From Camelus dromedarius (taxonomy: Eukaryota): a stretch of DNA of 64,000 nt. Both the position numbers and the translations under genes were made by a program. The stretch covers positions 44,580,001-44,644,000 of the forward strand of contig NC_087447.1 of NCBI RefSeq assembly GCF_036321535.1, read 5' to 3'. This document shows, piece by piece, positions 13,501 to 28,500 of the stretch. Every line of letters starts with the position of its first letter. Within the stretch, counting starts at the first letter, position 1. The notes beneath the pieces are model-generated. The model was not told the DNA's origin. It ran no database searches and saw only the letters and a list, made by a program, of their open reading frames with translations.

Positions 13501-16500
13501 CCCCAGAAATCTTTAAGAGAAGATGTGAAATGGAGAACATATATTGAGAGGCTTCAATGTGCTAATTCGATAGGCCAGGCCTGTCTGCTAAAAGTCCCCA
13601 GGGTGGACCTCAAATAGAAAATGTGTGCATGTGTAAAAAGAGAGCTTCACAATGCGTTGATTAGACAAAGAAAAAGAAAGACTGGATAAGCAAGGCTCAG
13701 CAATTATTCCAGGACATGGAGTCCAATCACTAGGCCTGGGTGATGTGGCCTGCTGACCAGCATAGCAGTCTACGTGAGAGTAGAAGCTATCTTTGGCTAC
13801 TGACACAGACTGTCTACTGGGGGCTGGGGAACATGGGGGAAAAGTCTGGGAGCCTCTTGGTGGGTTCTTCTCACATCTGGAAAGTTCCTCAGCCTGCAAA
13901 GGTTGCTGGTAGTTGCCACCTCTCTGGACTTGTCCTGTTGAGGAAGAGAGACACTGGGAGACCCTGGAAAGATGTGCTTGGCCAGATGGATCTTTTGTCC
14001 TTGCTACCTCTCCTACCATTTCTGATCAACAGAGCCTGTGATTAGAACTCAGTGGTGTCTGGAAATTGTATTCTGCTAACCCTGAGCTCAGATACCAGTC
14101 TTCTGAGACCCAGACACAAGGCAGGTGAGACCTAAGCTAGCCGTGTCATACACAAACATGCCTCAGACTCGGTAAGGTGTCCCCTTCCATGCTCTAGCAA
14201 CACCCTCGACACCCAGGGCTTCCCGCGTCATAGTCCTTAGTCCACTGTATCATTATCTAGTTGCTCGTGTGACTTGTCTACTATTGTAAATTCTTGAAGG
14301 GAGAGGTCTCTGTCACACCTTATTTGATGTCTCCACTGCTTAACACAGTGCCTGACATGGCCAGTTTCACAGTAAATGTTTGTAGAAAGGAAGTATCACC
14401 GCATATTGGAAGGGCTTACTGAGTGACAACTAGGACAGAGCATACAAATAAGCACCAAAGCAGAACTTCTTCAGTATACGTTTTTTAAATCCTCACCACC
14501 AGGGGCAGTGTCTTCAAGGTTCTGAAGACATTTTTTAAACCTAGAATATTGTATTTAGCCACAGTATAACTGAAATTTGAGGATGAAGACATTTTTAGAT
14601 ATACAAAGACTCTAAAAATTTACCATCCACAGATTCTCTTTGGGAAAAAAATTAAACAATAGTGTATTTCTGGCAGAGGAAAACGAATATAAAAGGCTAG
14701 TGTATTCTACAAGAAACTCTGATGAGCAAAGAAATCTGAAACATATTGTTAATTTTAAATGGGTAAGCTGCAAAACAAGAATGTTCATAACAATCTAGAA
14801 CTAAAATTCCAGGAGATATCAATGTAAGCGTAATGAGAAGGGTGGAGGATGGAGAGAGGAAGAGAGGAGAAAAAGGAAATGAGGAGAGGGCTAAGGTGCT
14901 TACTCTGCTTGGAAAGAAGATGGACACAGCTTCAACTTGGCATTCATTCATTCAACAAATACTCGCTGAGCACCTACTATATGGCATACCTTATACGAAA
15001 TACTAGAGAGATACTAGTGAATTATACAGATATGAATGAAACAGAATCCCTACCGTCTTGTGGGGTGGGGGGGATACAAAAACAAAATAAATAAATAATA
15101 TACAATAAACACATAAATAATAAATTTGTATGGTATGTAAAAAGGTGATAAGGGCCATGAAGAAAACAACAGAGCAGGGAAAGAGGGATGAGGAGTGCTG
15201 GTGATAGTGGGGGTTTGCAATCTCAAACAGGGTGACTGGAGAAGGCCTCTCTGAGAAGGTGCTTTAAGAGAAAGACGTGAAAAAGACATGGTTATAAAAA
15301 TGTAAGTTGAACGGCTACACCTGTTGGGCAGGTGGATAAATGTCTTACATATGCATTCAGCTGCAAGTAAGAGAAAACTAGAAAAAGTGTGGCTTCATCA
15401 AGTAAAAGGTTTATTTATTTAATGCAATAAGTAATCTGTGTATGGCATATTGGCCCAATAATATCAATCAGGACAAAGTTCCTTCTGTCTTCCTCCTCTT
15501 CCATCCTTTTATATGCCTTTCACCCTCATCATGGTGTGGTGGCTTTTCCATTACCGGAAATTACATCCAAGGGTTAGGCAGTAAGACAGGAGTAAAGGTT
15601 CAAAAAGACATCCCAGTTACTTATGTCTCTTTATCCCAGCGACTTCCACTTAAGTTTCATTGCCCAGAACTGAGTTACATAACTTCCTCCAGGTAGGAGT
15701 CTCAGAAAAAGAATAAAATCAAGATTCTAAAACTAAGAAAGATGAGCAAACACAGTAAGTAGTTCCTGGGCAATGAGCAGAAGAATAAAATGTATAACAC
15801 CCAAGTCATTAGAGGACAGTAATAGCAACAAAAATGAAATCAACCCAACAAAGGACAAGAAACACAAGGAAGAATCAAATAGAAATAATAGGGGATAGGA
15901 AACACTAAAATGAGACGAGAAAAATAAATCCAAACCTATCAGTCATCATAAGAAATGAGATGAGCCTATTGCAAGACATAAATTCTCAGACTAAATTGTT
16001 TTCCAGCTCTTTATAAGAGAAACATATAAAACAAAGTAACAAAGGAAGCTTGAAAACGAAAAGACAGAAAAAGTTCAAGCAAACACTTGATGCTGTAAAC
16101 ATCAGAGAACTCCAGTAGAAAGGTAGTAACAAGAATGAATCCTTTTTCATATCAATAAAGTCACCTAGAAATAGTGTTATGAACCTTTACACACGTAACA
16201 ATGTGATTTTGAAATACATGTTGTAAACTGAAAAAACATCAAGGAGATGTTAACAAATCCACAGCCCTAGGAGGGGACTTTTAACATCTCTCAGAAACTG
16301 AAAGGTAAAGTGGGTAAGAAAAATGATTGTGGCTATAGAATATTTGAATAAAACACTGAATGCGCTAGGTCTGATACTTTTTTTTTTTTTTTAAGGTTGG
16401 GTTCCCTAAAAGCAGAGCCGAGACAGGAATTGGGGGAAATGTGACTTACTGAAGGAATGATCTTCTTGAAATAAACTTCTAAGGGACTGAGGGAAGCAAG

Positions 16501-19500
16501 ATGAGGAAGGGAAGGTGCCAAGCTGGATCTCAGCCAACGCTGTTCCCCATCTGATCTGGAGGGGCAGCGGCCTTTGGAATGCACATCACACTGGAGAGTT
16601 GTCCCTCTGTGAGACAAGGAGCCAAGAAAGGCAGGGGAGCTTTTCCGTGTGAAAGAGACTGAGAAGTGACCACTAAATGCAACACATGATTCTGGAGGGG
16701 GTCAGAAGCAGGAAGGAAACAGTAATAAAGGACATTGTTGAAATAATTGGCAAATGTTTAATAAGGATTAAGGGTTAGATAACAGAATGTATCAAGTGAA
16801 ACATCCTAATTTTTTATGAGTGTACTATAGTTATGAAAGAAAATGTCCTTGTTCCTATGAAAATAACACTAGCATACCTAGGGGTAAGGAATTTGATATC
16901 CACAAGTCACTTTCACATGGTTCAGGAAAATAATGTATATACATATAGAGAATGAAAAAGAGCATAAATGGTAACAGAAAAGGGACAAAAACAATCTGGA
17001 TGAAAGGTAGGTGGAAGTTTATTATACTATCCTTGCAACTCTGCTAATAAGTTTGAAATTATATCAAAATTAAAAGTTACACAAGGAAGGAAGGAAGGAA
17101 ATGGGTTTATCCCAGTAATGAAAAAGTGGTGTAATACTGACAATTCACCATATTAACAGACTAAAGGAGAAAATCCCATGATTATCTATACAGAACAAGA
17201 AGAAAAAAAAAAAAGATTGGACAAAATCCAACACTCACTCATGAAAAAAATGTCTTAGCAAACTAGGAATTGATGGAAACGTCCTTAAAAATGGATGTGT
17301 CTACCAAATACTCACATTTAATACCATTATTTATTTGTTTCTAATCTATTTTATTAATTATTGTTATTCAGTAATGCTACATTTGAATGGGTAGCAGCCT
17401 GCTTTTCTTTAGCACAGATTACAAACTTTGTTCTGTAACAATTCAGTTGTCAGCTATGACGATTACTGATCCTCCCTCATGGCCCTCCCCCACCTTTGGG
17501 ATGACTACCAACAGGGACAGGTTCCATTCCACTCCACAGCGCAGTACAGAAAGTGGCTGCAAATTGCATTTTCTTGTCTTTTCATTCTTTTTATGGTACA
17601 TTTTAAAAAGTTAATTTTAATAAAGACACATTTATTTTAGGGTTTATAATTTTTACATTTTAAGAAACCCTGAGATGATAAAAATATCCCATATTATCTT
17701 CTGAAAGCTTTTTGGATTTTCTTTTCACATTTAATGTCTTTTATCCATCATGAGTTAATTTTTGTGTATGGTATAGAGCAACTATTAGAAAATAATAATG
17801 TTTTAAAAATACCATTTATAAGAATATGAAAATGAATATATGTATGTATATGCATGACTGGGACATTGTGCTGTACACTAGAAATTGCCACATTGTAACT
17901 GACTACACTTCAATTTAAAAGCATGTATAAAATAAAATAAAATAAAAATACCATTTATAACAGCAACAAAAAAAATCAAATATCTAGAAACAAATCTAAT
18001 GAAATATATTCAAGATCTCTACAGGAAACCTTAAGAGTAATTAAAGAATAATTAAAGAAATTAAAATAAATCAACAGATCCATGTTCATGGATTGGGAAA
18101 CTAAATATTATTAAGATATAAATTCTCCCCCAAATTGAACTATAGATTCAAAGCAAGCTAATTAAAAAAACGCCTAGTAAATTATTTTGTGGAAATTGAC
18201 AAGCTGATCCTAAAATTCATATGTAAATTCAAAGAACCTAGAATAGCCAGAGAAATCTGGAATAACAAAAAGTTATAGGATTTACAATACCAGATATTAC
18301 AACTTACTATAAGGCTACAATAATTAAGACAGTGTAACACTGACAGGCAAATAGATTAACGGAACAGAGGAGAGTCCAGAAACAACCCATACACAATCAC
18401 CTGACTTAAGAAAAACACACAGCTGTAATTCAGCGGGGAAAGGATAGTCTTTTCAATAAATGAGAAAAACAAAACTTGACTCTTACCCTACACCATACAT
18501 AAAAATTAATTTGAAATGGATCATATACCTAAATGTAAAAGATAAAGTAATGAAATATCTAGCAGAAAATATAGGAGAATATCTACAAGATTTTGGGGTA
18601 AGCAAAGGTTTCTTAAACCAGGACTCAAAGGGCACTAACCAAAACAAAAAGACAAAATGAACACCAAGAAAATTAAGAACTTCCATTTATCAAAAGACAC
18701 CATTAAAATAATAAAAAGATAAGCCACTATGTATATATATATTTAATATAGGATTCTTATCTAGAATATATAAAGAACTGCTACAGATTAATAGGGAAAA
18801 AACCAGACAACCCAATAAAAAATAAGGAAGAGTTAGACACTTCATAGAAGATGGTACCAAAACGGCCAATAAACATATGAAAAGATGCTTGACATCACTG
18901 GTGATCAAAACCACAATGAAATACCACTGTACACTCACCAGTTTGGCTAAAATTAAAAACCCTGACAATACCAAGTGCTGGTGAGATCACAGGACAACTA
19001 GAAGTCTGATGTGAATATAAACTGATACAACCACTCTAGAAAACTGTTCGGCACTGCAAAACACACATATACCCTATTCCAGCAATTCCACTTCTGGAAT
19101 ATATACCCCAAAGAAATGAGTGTTTTTGTCCATCAAAAGACATACAAAAATGTTCATAACCACGTTATTCACAGTAGGAAAAAAAAACTGGAACCAACAC
19201 AAAAGTCCATCAATGGAGAATTAGCAAATAAACTGTGGTATATTTGTACAGTAAAACACTGCACAGTAATACAAAAGAGTGAACCACTACTACCTAAAGG
19301 TTACGGATAAATCTCACTAACATAATGTGGAGTGAAGAAAAACGGACAAAAAAGGGCACATACTGTCTGATTCCATTTACATCAAATTCAAAGTCAGAAA
19401 AAACTAATCTATGGTGACAGAGGTCAGAGTAGTGGTTACCTGTGGGGGCACTGATGAGAGAGGCACCAGGGAACTCGCTATGGTACTGTAGGTGTTCTGT

Positions 19501-22500
19501 ATCTTGACCCACTGGTAGTTACATGGGTGTATATATACACACAAATTTCAGCAAACTGTACATTTACAATTTATTTTCTTTACTGCATGCAAATCATACC
19601 TTAATTTAAAAAATAAAAGTAAGTTAACTATGACCATAGAAAAGTTATTCCTAGTATTTTTGTAATATTAAAACAAAGCTCAGACTTAAGAACTTGGAGG
19701 TAGAGAAAGGCCGCAGAGCAGCTCGCCCCCACCTTCGGCCCTGTTCAGTTTTGTGCAGTGGCAGGTCCAGGCTTTGCTGTCTGGACGCTAAAGCCCACTG
19801 CCTCCTCTTGTCCCACACTATGGCTCCAGGATGCTGATACTCCTAATGCCATTGGCCCCTCTCTCCTAAACCTCCTGAAGAGAGACTACAAATCTCCTCT
19901 TCTGCCAGTCTTTGAAAACAACTAAAGAATACCCCTGAAGGGAAGGGTCCAATCAGTACAAACTCAAGACACACAGAGGCTCTGCTAAGTTCAAATTCTC
20001 AAGCCTGTGGAGCTGTTATGCAGCATCTTCTTTGTGCAAGGACCCCTCCAGATTCTTGGGATACAGCAATGCACAAAACAAAGGTCTCTGCTCCTGTGGA
20101 CCTTACATTCTATCATGGGCACTTGGCTTACCAACACAAGTAAATTACATGGTGTGTTAAAAGGTGACAGGAAGCACGTAAAAAGGAAAATGAAGAGTAG
20201 GGTGAGGGGATAGGGAATTCTGAGAGAGGGAAAGGATTTGACTATTTCAAATCATGTGAAAAAAATTATTACAGGATTTAAAATACTTATTATGGAAAAT
20301 TTAAGATTTTCCAAGGGCTATCCACAAAAGAAGTCACTGATTCCTCCTGGGAATAGAAATTCCTTGCGGTCAAGGCCACCTTTGAGACTTTAGGGTCCTG
20401 TCCCTAGTGATTAACCTTCTCTGATGAAGTTTAAAGTGATATATAAGATCCAAAACCTGGCTCAAGCCAGGCAAGGTAGGCCAGGCCTCCTTCATGCCAT
20501 TTCCCATTTTCATAAAATCTAAGTGGGTCCCGTCTCTCAGAACTGGACTATCTGCAGATGGTGATTAGCCAGAGAACTGTGTGAATATCCAGCCCCACCT
20601 GATAAACAACAAACTATGAGGATGAGCCACAAGCAAGAGGCAAGTACAAGGCAGAGCCCTCCAGAGCCCTAGGCAGGGGGCACGTACCACAGACACAAAG
20701 TAGGCATACAAAGGAAGGACTCCTCTACCAGCCACGGTGGCTTGCCAAAGGTTCCAGACAGATTCAGAGATAAGCCCAGCAGCATGAAAGATCAGGATTC
20801 CAACTCTCAAATCCCCTAATGCTCCTGGCACAAACAACTGAAAAAACAGACACTGTTACATTCCTTCTCCTCTCTGCTCCAAGGCCTTAGGGAAAGGCTG
20901 AGTCCAAGTGTCTGCCTACCTGTTATAATCCATCCACCCAGAGCAGAGACTGCTGTTACTGGACTGGACAAGGGCTCTGAGCCAAGTGCAGAGTCCAGAA
21001 CACACAGGGAAGCTTAAGCCAAGAGAAGGCTGAAACCCTGGTGAGTGCATCTGGGAGAAAAATTTCATGATAAACTGGAGTCTCTTACCAGATGAAGGAT
21101 GGATGTGCAGAGATGCAGGCAGCGACGGAGCAGCCGCAAAGCCTTGTGGTTCTCCTTGGCTAGAGCCCGCTGCAGGTCCAGCAGTTCGTAGCACCGATCT
21201 GGTTCGTGGGGGAGCCAGGGCACAGAGTGCAGCTCCTGCAGAAGCCTGGAATCGAGGGATAAGCTGGTCAGAGCTAACAACTCTGCCCTCTCTCCTTGGA
21301 CACCTTTGATGTCTTCCCAGCCCAGCTCACCTCAGAATGAGTTAAAGTTTAGAGAGGTTATAATATTCCCAGTGACCAACAGTGACAGCTTCCTCCTGAG
21401 AGGTCTTTGGAAGAGTTCAAGCCCAGGAAGTTTCTGGCTGGGGAATTCTTTGGGAAAGGCCTGGGGTATGTGAAAATGTTCACACTGAGTAGCTTTTCTG
21501 CCAGAAAATAGGGTCAAATAGATCCCAAGGTCTGACTGAGGAGACACTGCAGAGACTTCTTCCTTGGAACTGGAGGAGCTGAGGGCCCTAACAGTCTAGA
21601 TGGACAGGTAGGTTTTAGAATCAAAGTTGATGAACCCCAACTTCCCTATGGGCTGACCATCCCCGAGGAAACCCACTTCTGTTATACATTCTCCCCTACA
21701 AACACCCTGAAAAAGCCACATCTCCACACATCCTTGAAAAAATGAAGGACCCCTAATAAGCAGAGGATGATCATAACAGGTGTCATTTATTCAGCACCAT
21801 GGCGGCACTGAACATGGTACTTAATAGTCACATTCTCATTTAATTCTCACTACCACTAGGTAGTAGCAGAAATCCTTCTCTCTCGTTTTCAGGTCAGGAA
21901 ACTGAGGCTCAAAGAGTAAAGTCCCTTGCTGGTATTCAGGACTTAAGTTCAGATCTGTGTAGCCCAATTATGCCATGATGATTAAGCTAGACTGGAGGAT
22001 ATCTAGAGTGGAGGTTGCAAACTGGTAGCCCATGGGCCAAATTCAGACTGAAAAGGTTTTCATATGGACCACTAAGACTTGGCCAGCACAGTGTTTTTAT
22101 AAAAATCTGAGCTAACCAGGTAAAATTAAGAAATTTTACAAAATGTGGATTTCCAGGTCATCCTGAAAAAATAATGTGGGTGACATGCTGGACCTTTATT
22201 CCCAATGGCAACAGTCGATTGGAACTGAGTAGTGTGTTCCGTTTAGGTGCAATCTCCAACCTGACTGCAGTCCCATACTCCCTAAAGTCTTGAACTCAAC
22301 CCACTGCATTTCTTCCATTGTTCCTCCTTGGGCCCCATAGGTGTCTGAGTTTGCAACTCCTATCACAGAAGATAACTGGAGCAGCTGAGGAGCTGTGCAG
22401 AGAAAGTAAGAAAGTACTAAAAATAGGAGTAAGGTTTTCTCAAAAAAACAAAACAAAACAAAATAATAATCCAAGCAATGCCATTGAAAGAGCAGAGTTT

Positions 22501-25500
22501 AGATGGAAATACCTGCATTACAGCCTCAGATCTGACACTTAAGAATTGTATGATCTGGGGCAAGTTGATGGAGAAATACATAATTACATAGATATGTTCA
22601 CAATATATCATTCAGAGAAAAAACCTGGTTAGTTAACGGGTATGTGCACTATGATCACATCTGTGTATGTGACGGAAAAAAAGACTACAAGGATAATAGG
22701 TAAACAACAAGGACCTACTGTATTGCACAAGGAACTATATTCAATTTCTTGTAATAACATTTATGGAAAAGAATCTGAAAAATATAGATAGATACACATA
22801 TGTATATGTATAACTGAATCACTTTGCTGTACACTTGAAACTAACATTGTAAATCAACTACACTTCAATAAAAAACAAAGTTAAAAAAAGACTACAAGGA
22901 TATGTAACAAAATGTTTGTCATGGTTATGTGTAGATGGTAAGATTAAAGATTTTTTTCCTTTGTGCTTTTCCGTATTTTCCAAACTTTCTACAATGAACC
23001 CGTTATTACTTCCTGTAAACTAATTTTTGGAAGTCCAGTGAAGCTGTGTTTTGAAGACCTCACCTGCTAATATGCAGCAGCCCAGCTCCGAAGTGGGGCA
23101 CAGCAAGGAGCAGATGCTTCCCTAGGAACGTCCGGCACCGGTGCAGCCCCTGCAACTTCACGCTCTTCTTCCAACTACAGATCGGAGGGCAGTGACAGTG
23201 TGCTGTTGCTCTTTGTGACACTTCTTCCCAAATCCCATACCCATCGCCACCTACCAGGCCAAGGCCTTGCGTAAAAGGCAATACTTGAAGAATGGGATGA
23301 ACTGGAGCTGTTGCCAGAGGACAGAGTGGTGGTGCCAGGTACCCAGTGTCATCGTCTCACTGCCCTCCTCGGGATGGACGTGCAGGATCCCGAAGGGAGA
23401 GAAGATGTAGTGCTCAGGATTCACCTTGTCGGGTGGTACCACCGTCAGGCTGTAGGGCCTTTAAAAAAGAGCACAGACCAGTGGGAGCCCTGGGAACTTG
23501 TGCAGACTCCAGGAAGGGACAAAAGAAGGCCAGGAGGGGGAAAACAAGGAGGCAGGAATGAAAGCGGGAGAGAGTGGGAGGAGGGGGAAAGATCAGAATG
23601 ATCTTCAAACCAGAAAGATGGAATAAATATTAGAAAAAAGGAAACCAAAAATTGGTGGGAAGAAAAAAAAAAGCCCCCTAGCCAGTTCCAAGAAGTTCCT
23701 ATCTCCAGACCCAAATAGCTTACATTCCATCAAATCTAAGATGCCACCAACTGTAAGTTGCTGCATTTTTTTATGAATCACTAAAGTAAAAAATGTTGCC
23801 AATATGATACTCCAGTACTGCTAATACGATACAATTTGTAAGATGCATCACAATTTCAGAGATGTTGAAAAATGTGCATCCTAGAAATTATAAAATATGT
23901 ATATCCCTAGATGCTGAAATAACATGCAGAGATAATCAGGAAGTGCTGTTTGGAGTAACTGAAGAGGAAAAGCAGGGGCAACTAGAAGACCAGACACAGG
24001 CCAATAGAGGAAAACTGCCACCTAGTGAACCAGACAGGTACCTCCAGAGCCATCTTAAAATCCTACTAAGGTCTCCTACTTCAGGGAAATGCACCTATAT
24101 CCCACGTTAAATACAATTTATATGTAACTATATAATAGTTGTATCTAGTTGCAGTAAACTGTTTGGAGTAATGCTATGTTTGGGCACATTTAATAAAGCA
24201 TTTTTTTTTACTTTTCTTTTCATAACTTAGAACCAGTAATATTTTTAAGCACTAAATATATTTTTAAGTCCTTTAAAAGCTGTGTGTCCCAGGTCCCATG
24301 CATATAATGCCTAAAGGATAAAATGGTCCTCCTTCAGCTCTTCTCTCTCTAAATTTTTTAGGATATGTTACTAAGCAAATGACTTGAAAGCACTTAGATG
24401 GATAACAGAATAAAGTCATATGAAAACCTTATTTCATTTCTGACAGTGAGTAGATCTTCTCAAGTACTATTATCCCCAATTTACAGATGAGAAAACTGAA
24501 CAAAGAGAAGGCATAACTTTACATAGGGCAACTAAAGGAAGAAGATAGGATTTAAAACCAAGTCTACCTGATTCAAGCCCTCTCTCTTAACCACTGGGTC
24601 ACTGAGCTTCCCACAGGATAGCTACCTACCCTAGCTGAGCCCTGACTCTCCCCAGGGGACACTCCTTTCCCTGTGACCTTCTTAATAGGGGCGACTCTTT
24701 CTGTACAGGGCCAGGCATCAGGGACCATTCTCCCCGCTTCCACTGGCCACTGCTCCTGCTGGGGATATTCATTTTTTCTACAAACACGTATTAAGCCAAG
24801 CACTGTCAGGTGCTGAGGATACGGCAGGGAACAAGAAAAATCTAGTCCCTAATTTTATGGATCTCAGTTAAACCATTTATCAGCCACCCCTTCTGTCCAA
24901 GTGCTATGATGGGAGACGAGGACATAAGAACAACTACTACATAGTTGTCCTCAAAGAGCTCAGATCAACTGGAGTAAAAAGGGATGCCAGAGAGTAAACA
25001 GGGCAAGTCACGATCTTCCTGAGTCCCAGACTCATATATTCAAGACTTCCAAAACATCGCAAACTCTATGTCGTCTGTGTACCTGAAACACAGCAAGTTC
25101 TATACTAAACTCATCATTAATTCCCCCCAAATTTGTTCCCACTTGTGGTAGTTCATCCATTCCTTCTCCTTCATTCATTCAACAAACGTGGCTGTGTTTC
25201 TACTCTATGCTAAACTGTTCTAAGCCCTGAGGATACATTCATTGCTGAATATAACAAACAAAAAAATCCCTGCCCTGGTAGAGCTCTCATTCTACTGGAG
25301 AAGACAGATAATAAACGAGGAGCGGGGAGAGCAGGAAAAGGGAGACTGGCACTGCCCGGGGAGAAGGGAATGCAAGTCTAAATCAGGCTGGTAAGGGTAG
25401 GGAGGTGAGAGCAAAGACTCTAAGGAAGTAAAGAAATATATTCCTAAGTATGAATCAAAATCTAGGACAAATACAAGAAAACTCTGATAAATGCAAACAC

Positions 25501-28500
25501 ACTGCAAAAACCTGTTATATGGCAAGTAAGTAAAGTGAAACAAAAAAATACCAGGCTTCTACTTTTGCTGATGGTGCACTAGAAATGTGGACCAACACTC
25601 CCACTTGAGACCAACTAAAAAAACTGGGCAAAATATCTGGATGAAATATGCAAATCATCAGAGAACCCACAAATTAAACCCCCTGGGCTTCCAGCTGGGA
25701 CCCTGGTTACAATACAGGTGGAACCAGAAGACACCTCCCTCCTTGGTGTGGGTCCTAAGCTGCAACGTCTGCTCTTCAGCTTTCTGAGTCTGTCGAAAGC
25801 TCAATTCCTCTTCTCCGACTTTTGGGAGCATATAGTAAAACTCATGCACCTCTGCCTCTCCTGCGATAGAAAAGCAGCACCAAGTTCTGCTTCTAGACTC
25901 CCTTCACTGGGTTCCTTCTTTGGCAGATGTTGGTCCTGTAATTACTCACTGCCTTTCTAGTTCTCTTCCTCATGGCTTCTTGTCTCTCTGTGCGCCTAAT
26001 TATCTTTGATTGTGCTACTTCTCTGATTATGACTGAGCTGACAGTTGAAAGCCCTAAGCTTGTAGCTTTCTTTCTTGTAAGCTCTCCACATGGTCAACAG
26101 GCACCCCATCCCACCCTGCTACCATCGTGATCACCCCCTGCTGGGAGGTCAAGTGCAGCAGCCACTAGGTGTCAGTAGGTAGTTCATCACCTTCAACCAC
26201 GTGACAATTTAATTGTGATGCCACTACAGGTCACGGGTTCCAAGTATACTATTTCTCGTTAGCAAGGATCCCAGTACTGTCCAGGGCCAAGGACGTTACC
26301 AAACCAATATCAGAATCCCATCTTTGAGGATTGTTTCCTGGGACCACTCATAATACCAAGTACGATTATCGGAGTCCAATCAGGAAAACAGAAACTGTAT
26401 TAGGCATTTCAAGAAAGTAAATTTAATAGAGAAAATATGTTCTAGACAAGGTGTCAGAGGACACCTAAAAAGCAAAAAGGGAATGCTAAGGAAGCACAAA
26501 GGCAATAGCTGCAGGGATGGATGCCAGCCCCACAACTAGAGGAACAAAGGAAAGAAGTTTGGGTTCTTAGAAGCAATGGGCTGGGAGGAGTGGCCTGTAG
26601 CGCTGGGACTTGGATTTCTAAGAAGGAGATGCTGCCTGGCTGGTACTGGTATCTAAGGAGTTTGGAGAGGGGGCCTTGCAGAGTTGTGACTCAGAACTCT
26701 GACAAGAAGGTGCTACCCAGTTGGCGTTGGTTCCTTCCAGGATCATGAAGTGGTTGATTCTGAAAGTGCCTGCTGCTGCCAGGGTGAAGGGCCATTTCTG
26801 ACGCCATGACAGGAAGAGCAAGTAAAGGAAGGACAGAGTCCCTTCTCCAGTCTCCTTCTAGCACCCCCTATTAATAAAACCTAACAGGAAGCGAGCTGAA
26901 AACGGAGAAATGAAATTTGCAGAGTCCCAGCCCCAGTATTACAAAGCAGAGAGAAAAGAGTAGAAATAGAGCCAAGAGACAATTGCTTAATAACTGGCAC
27001 GATGCTCTCAGTGAACTTTTGTTAAATGAATTGATCAGTAAATCAATGGATGGTACAGATCATTAGTGCTACCTAAGTTCAGGACAAACTAGTCATTGTA
27101 TGCAGGAAACAGGGCCCCCTGGGAGTGTGTATCAGATATTGCTTAAGAGTGTGGGCCTTTGAGTTAAGACAGTCCGAGGTTCAAGTCCTGTTTCACCACT
27201 TACTATGTGGCCTTGGGCAAGTTACTTAACCTCTCTATGCTTCAGTCTACTCATCTCATATATGGAAATAATAATAGTACCTACCTGTTAGGTAAGAATT
27301 AAATGACGCATGTACTTAGAAAAGCCTGATTAATGGCAATTGTTATTATTTCTGGGAAGAGAAGGGACTTGAATAGAGCTTTTAAAAATACTAAGATTTG
27401 GATCGAATGGAAGAAAGTGAATGGATGCCTCTTGAGTCATATGGAAGGAAGAGACTTGTTTTTATAGCACAGAGATAAATCTAGGACCAAAAGGATGAAG
27501 TTCAAAGAAAGAAGATTTGGGTTCAGTCTAAGAACAGGACACCTTAGGAAACACAAAGCTTCCCTGACACTGTAAAGATTTAAACCCCTGATTCTTACAC
27601 TAGAGTTAGAAGAGATCACCATTAAATTCCCCTCTGAGGCGATGACCAAATGTTTCCATCATTCTAGGGTAGAATAAAGAAGACAGAGCAAAATTTAGGA
27701 AAGAATGACCAAGACCAAAAGCTATGAGAGCAAAGGGGAGCCAAGAGGAGGTGAAGAGTGGAGAGGAGGCTGAGGGGAAGGGAAGGAGGAGGCAACAGGG
27801 AGAAGAGCTGAAATGAGAAGGGAGAGAAGGGACAGCAGCAGGTCTGGAGAGGAGGAAGAGGGGGAAGACAGCATAGGACCAAGTCTGGGAGTGGGAGGAG
27901 CGGGACAGGGCTCTGGACACAGGCTCTCACCTAAAGTAGCGGCTGGAAGCCACATTGAGATAGAGAAAGTGGACCTTCTTCAGGTATCTCTCTGTCTTCA
28001 TAACAGTCACTATCTGGCTACCCAGGAGAGAAGTCTGCGGTAAGAAGCCAGTGCTTCTTTTCTGGAAGGTCTTCTCCCTGGGAACTTCAGAGTCAAGCAG
28101 AGACCTGCAGGATAAAAAATCAGGAGAGAAGAGGTAGAGCAAAGCTGTCAGGTTGCCACTGCTGACCAGCGAATGAAGGAGATAGATCAGGAGCCTGAGA
28201 GGACCTGACATAGCCTAGTCAGAGTTTGTCAACCACCTGCACCAAAAGGAGATCACATACTGAGCAAATCCAGTCAGTCCATGAGGTGACACAGTCAGGC
28301 AACTATATTCACACACACCTGTAAGTGAACAATCCCTCCCTTCCTGATCAATGAATAATCATTCTGGATTGACTATGATTACTATGAAGTCGATGTTACA
28401 AAATACTGAGTAAAAATAATGGGAATACTTTGCTGTCCCACTCATCACCTTGCAAGTCCACAGTCCTGGATTTCTCCTCTCTGGCAACCTTCCTAAGCTT

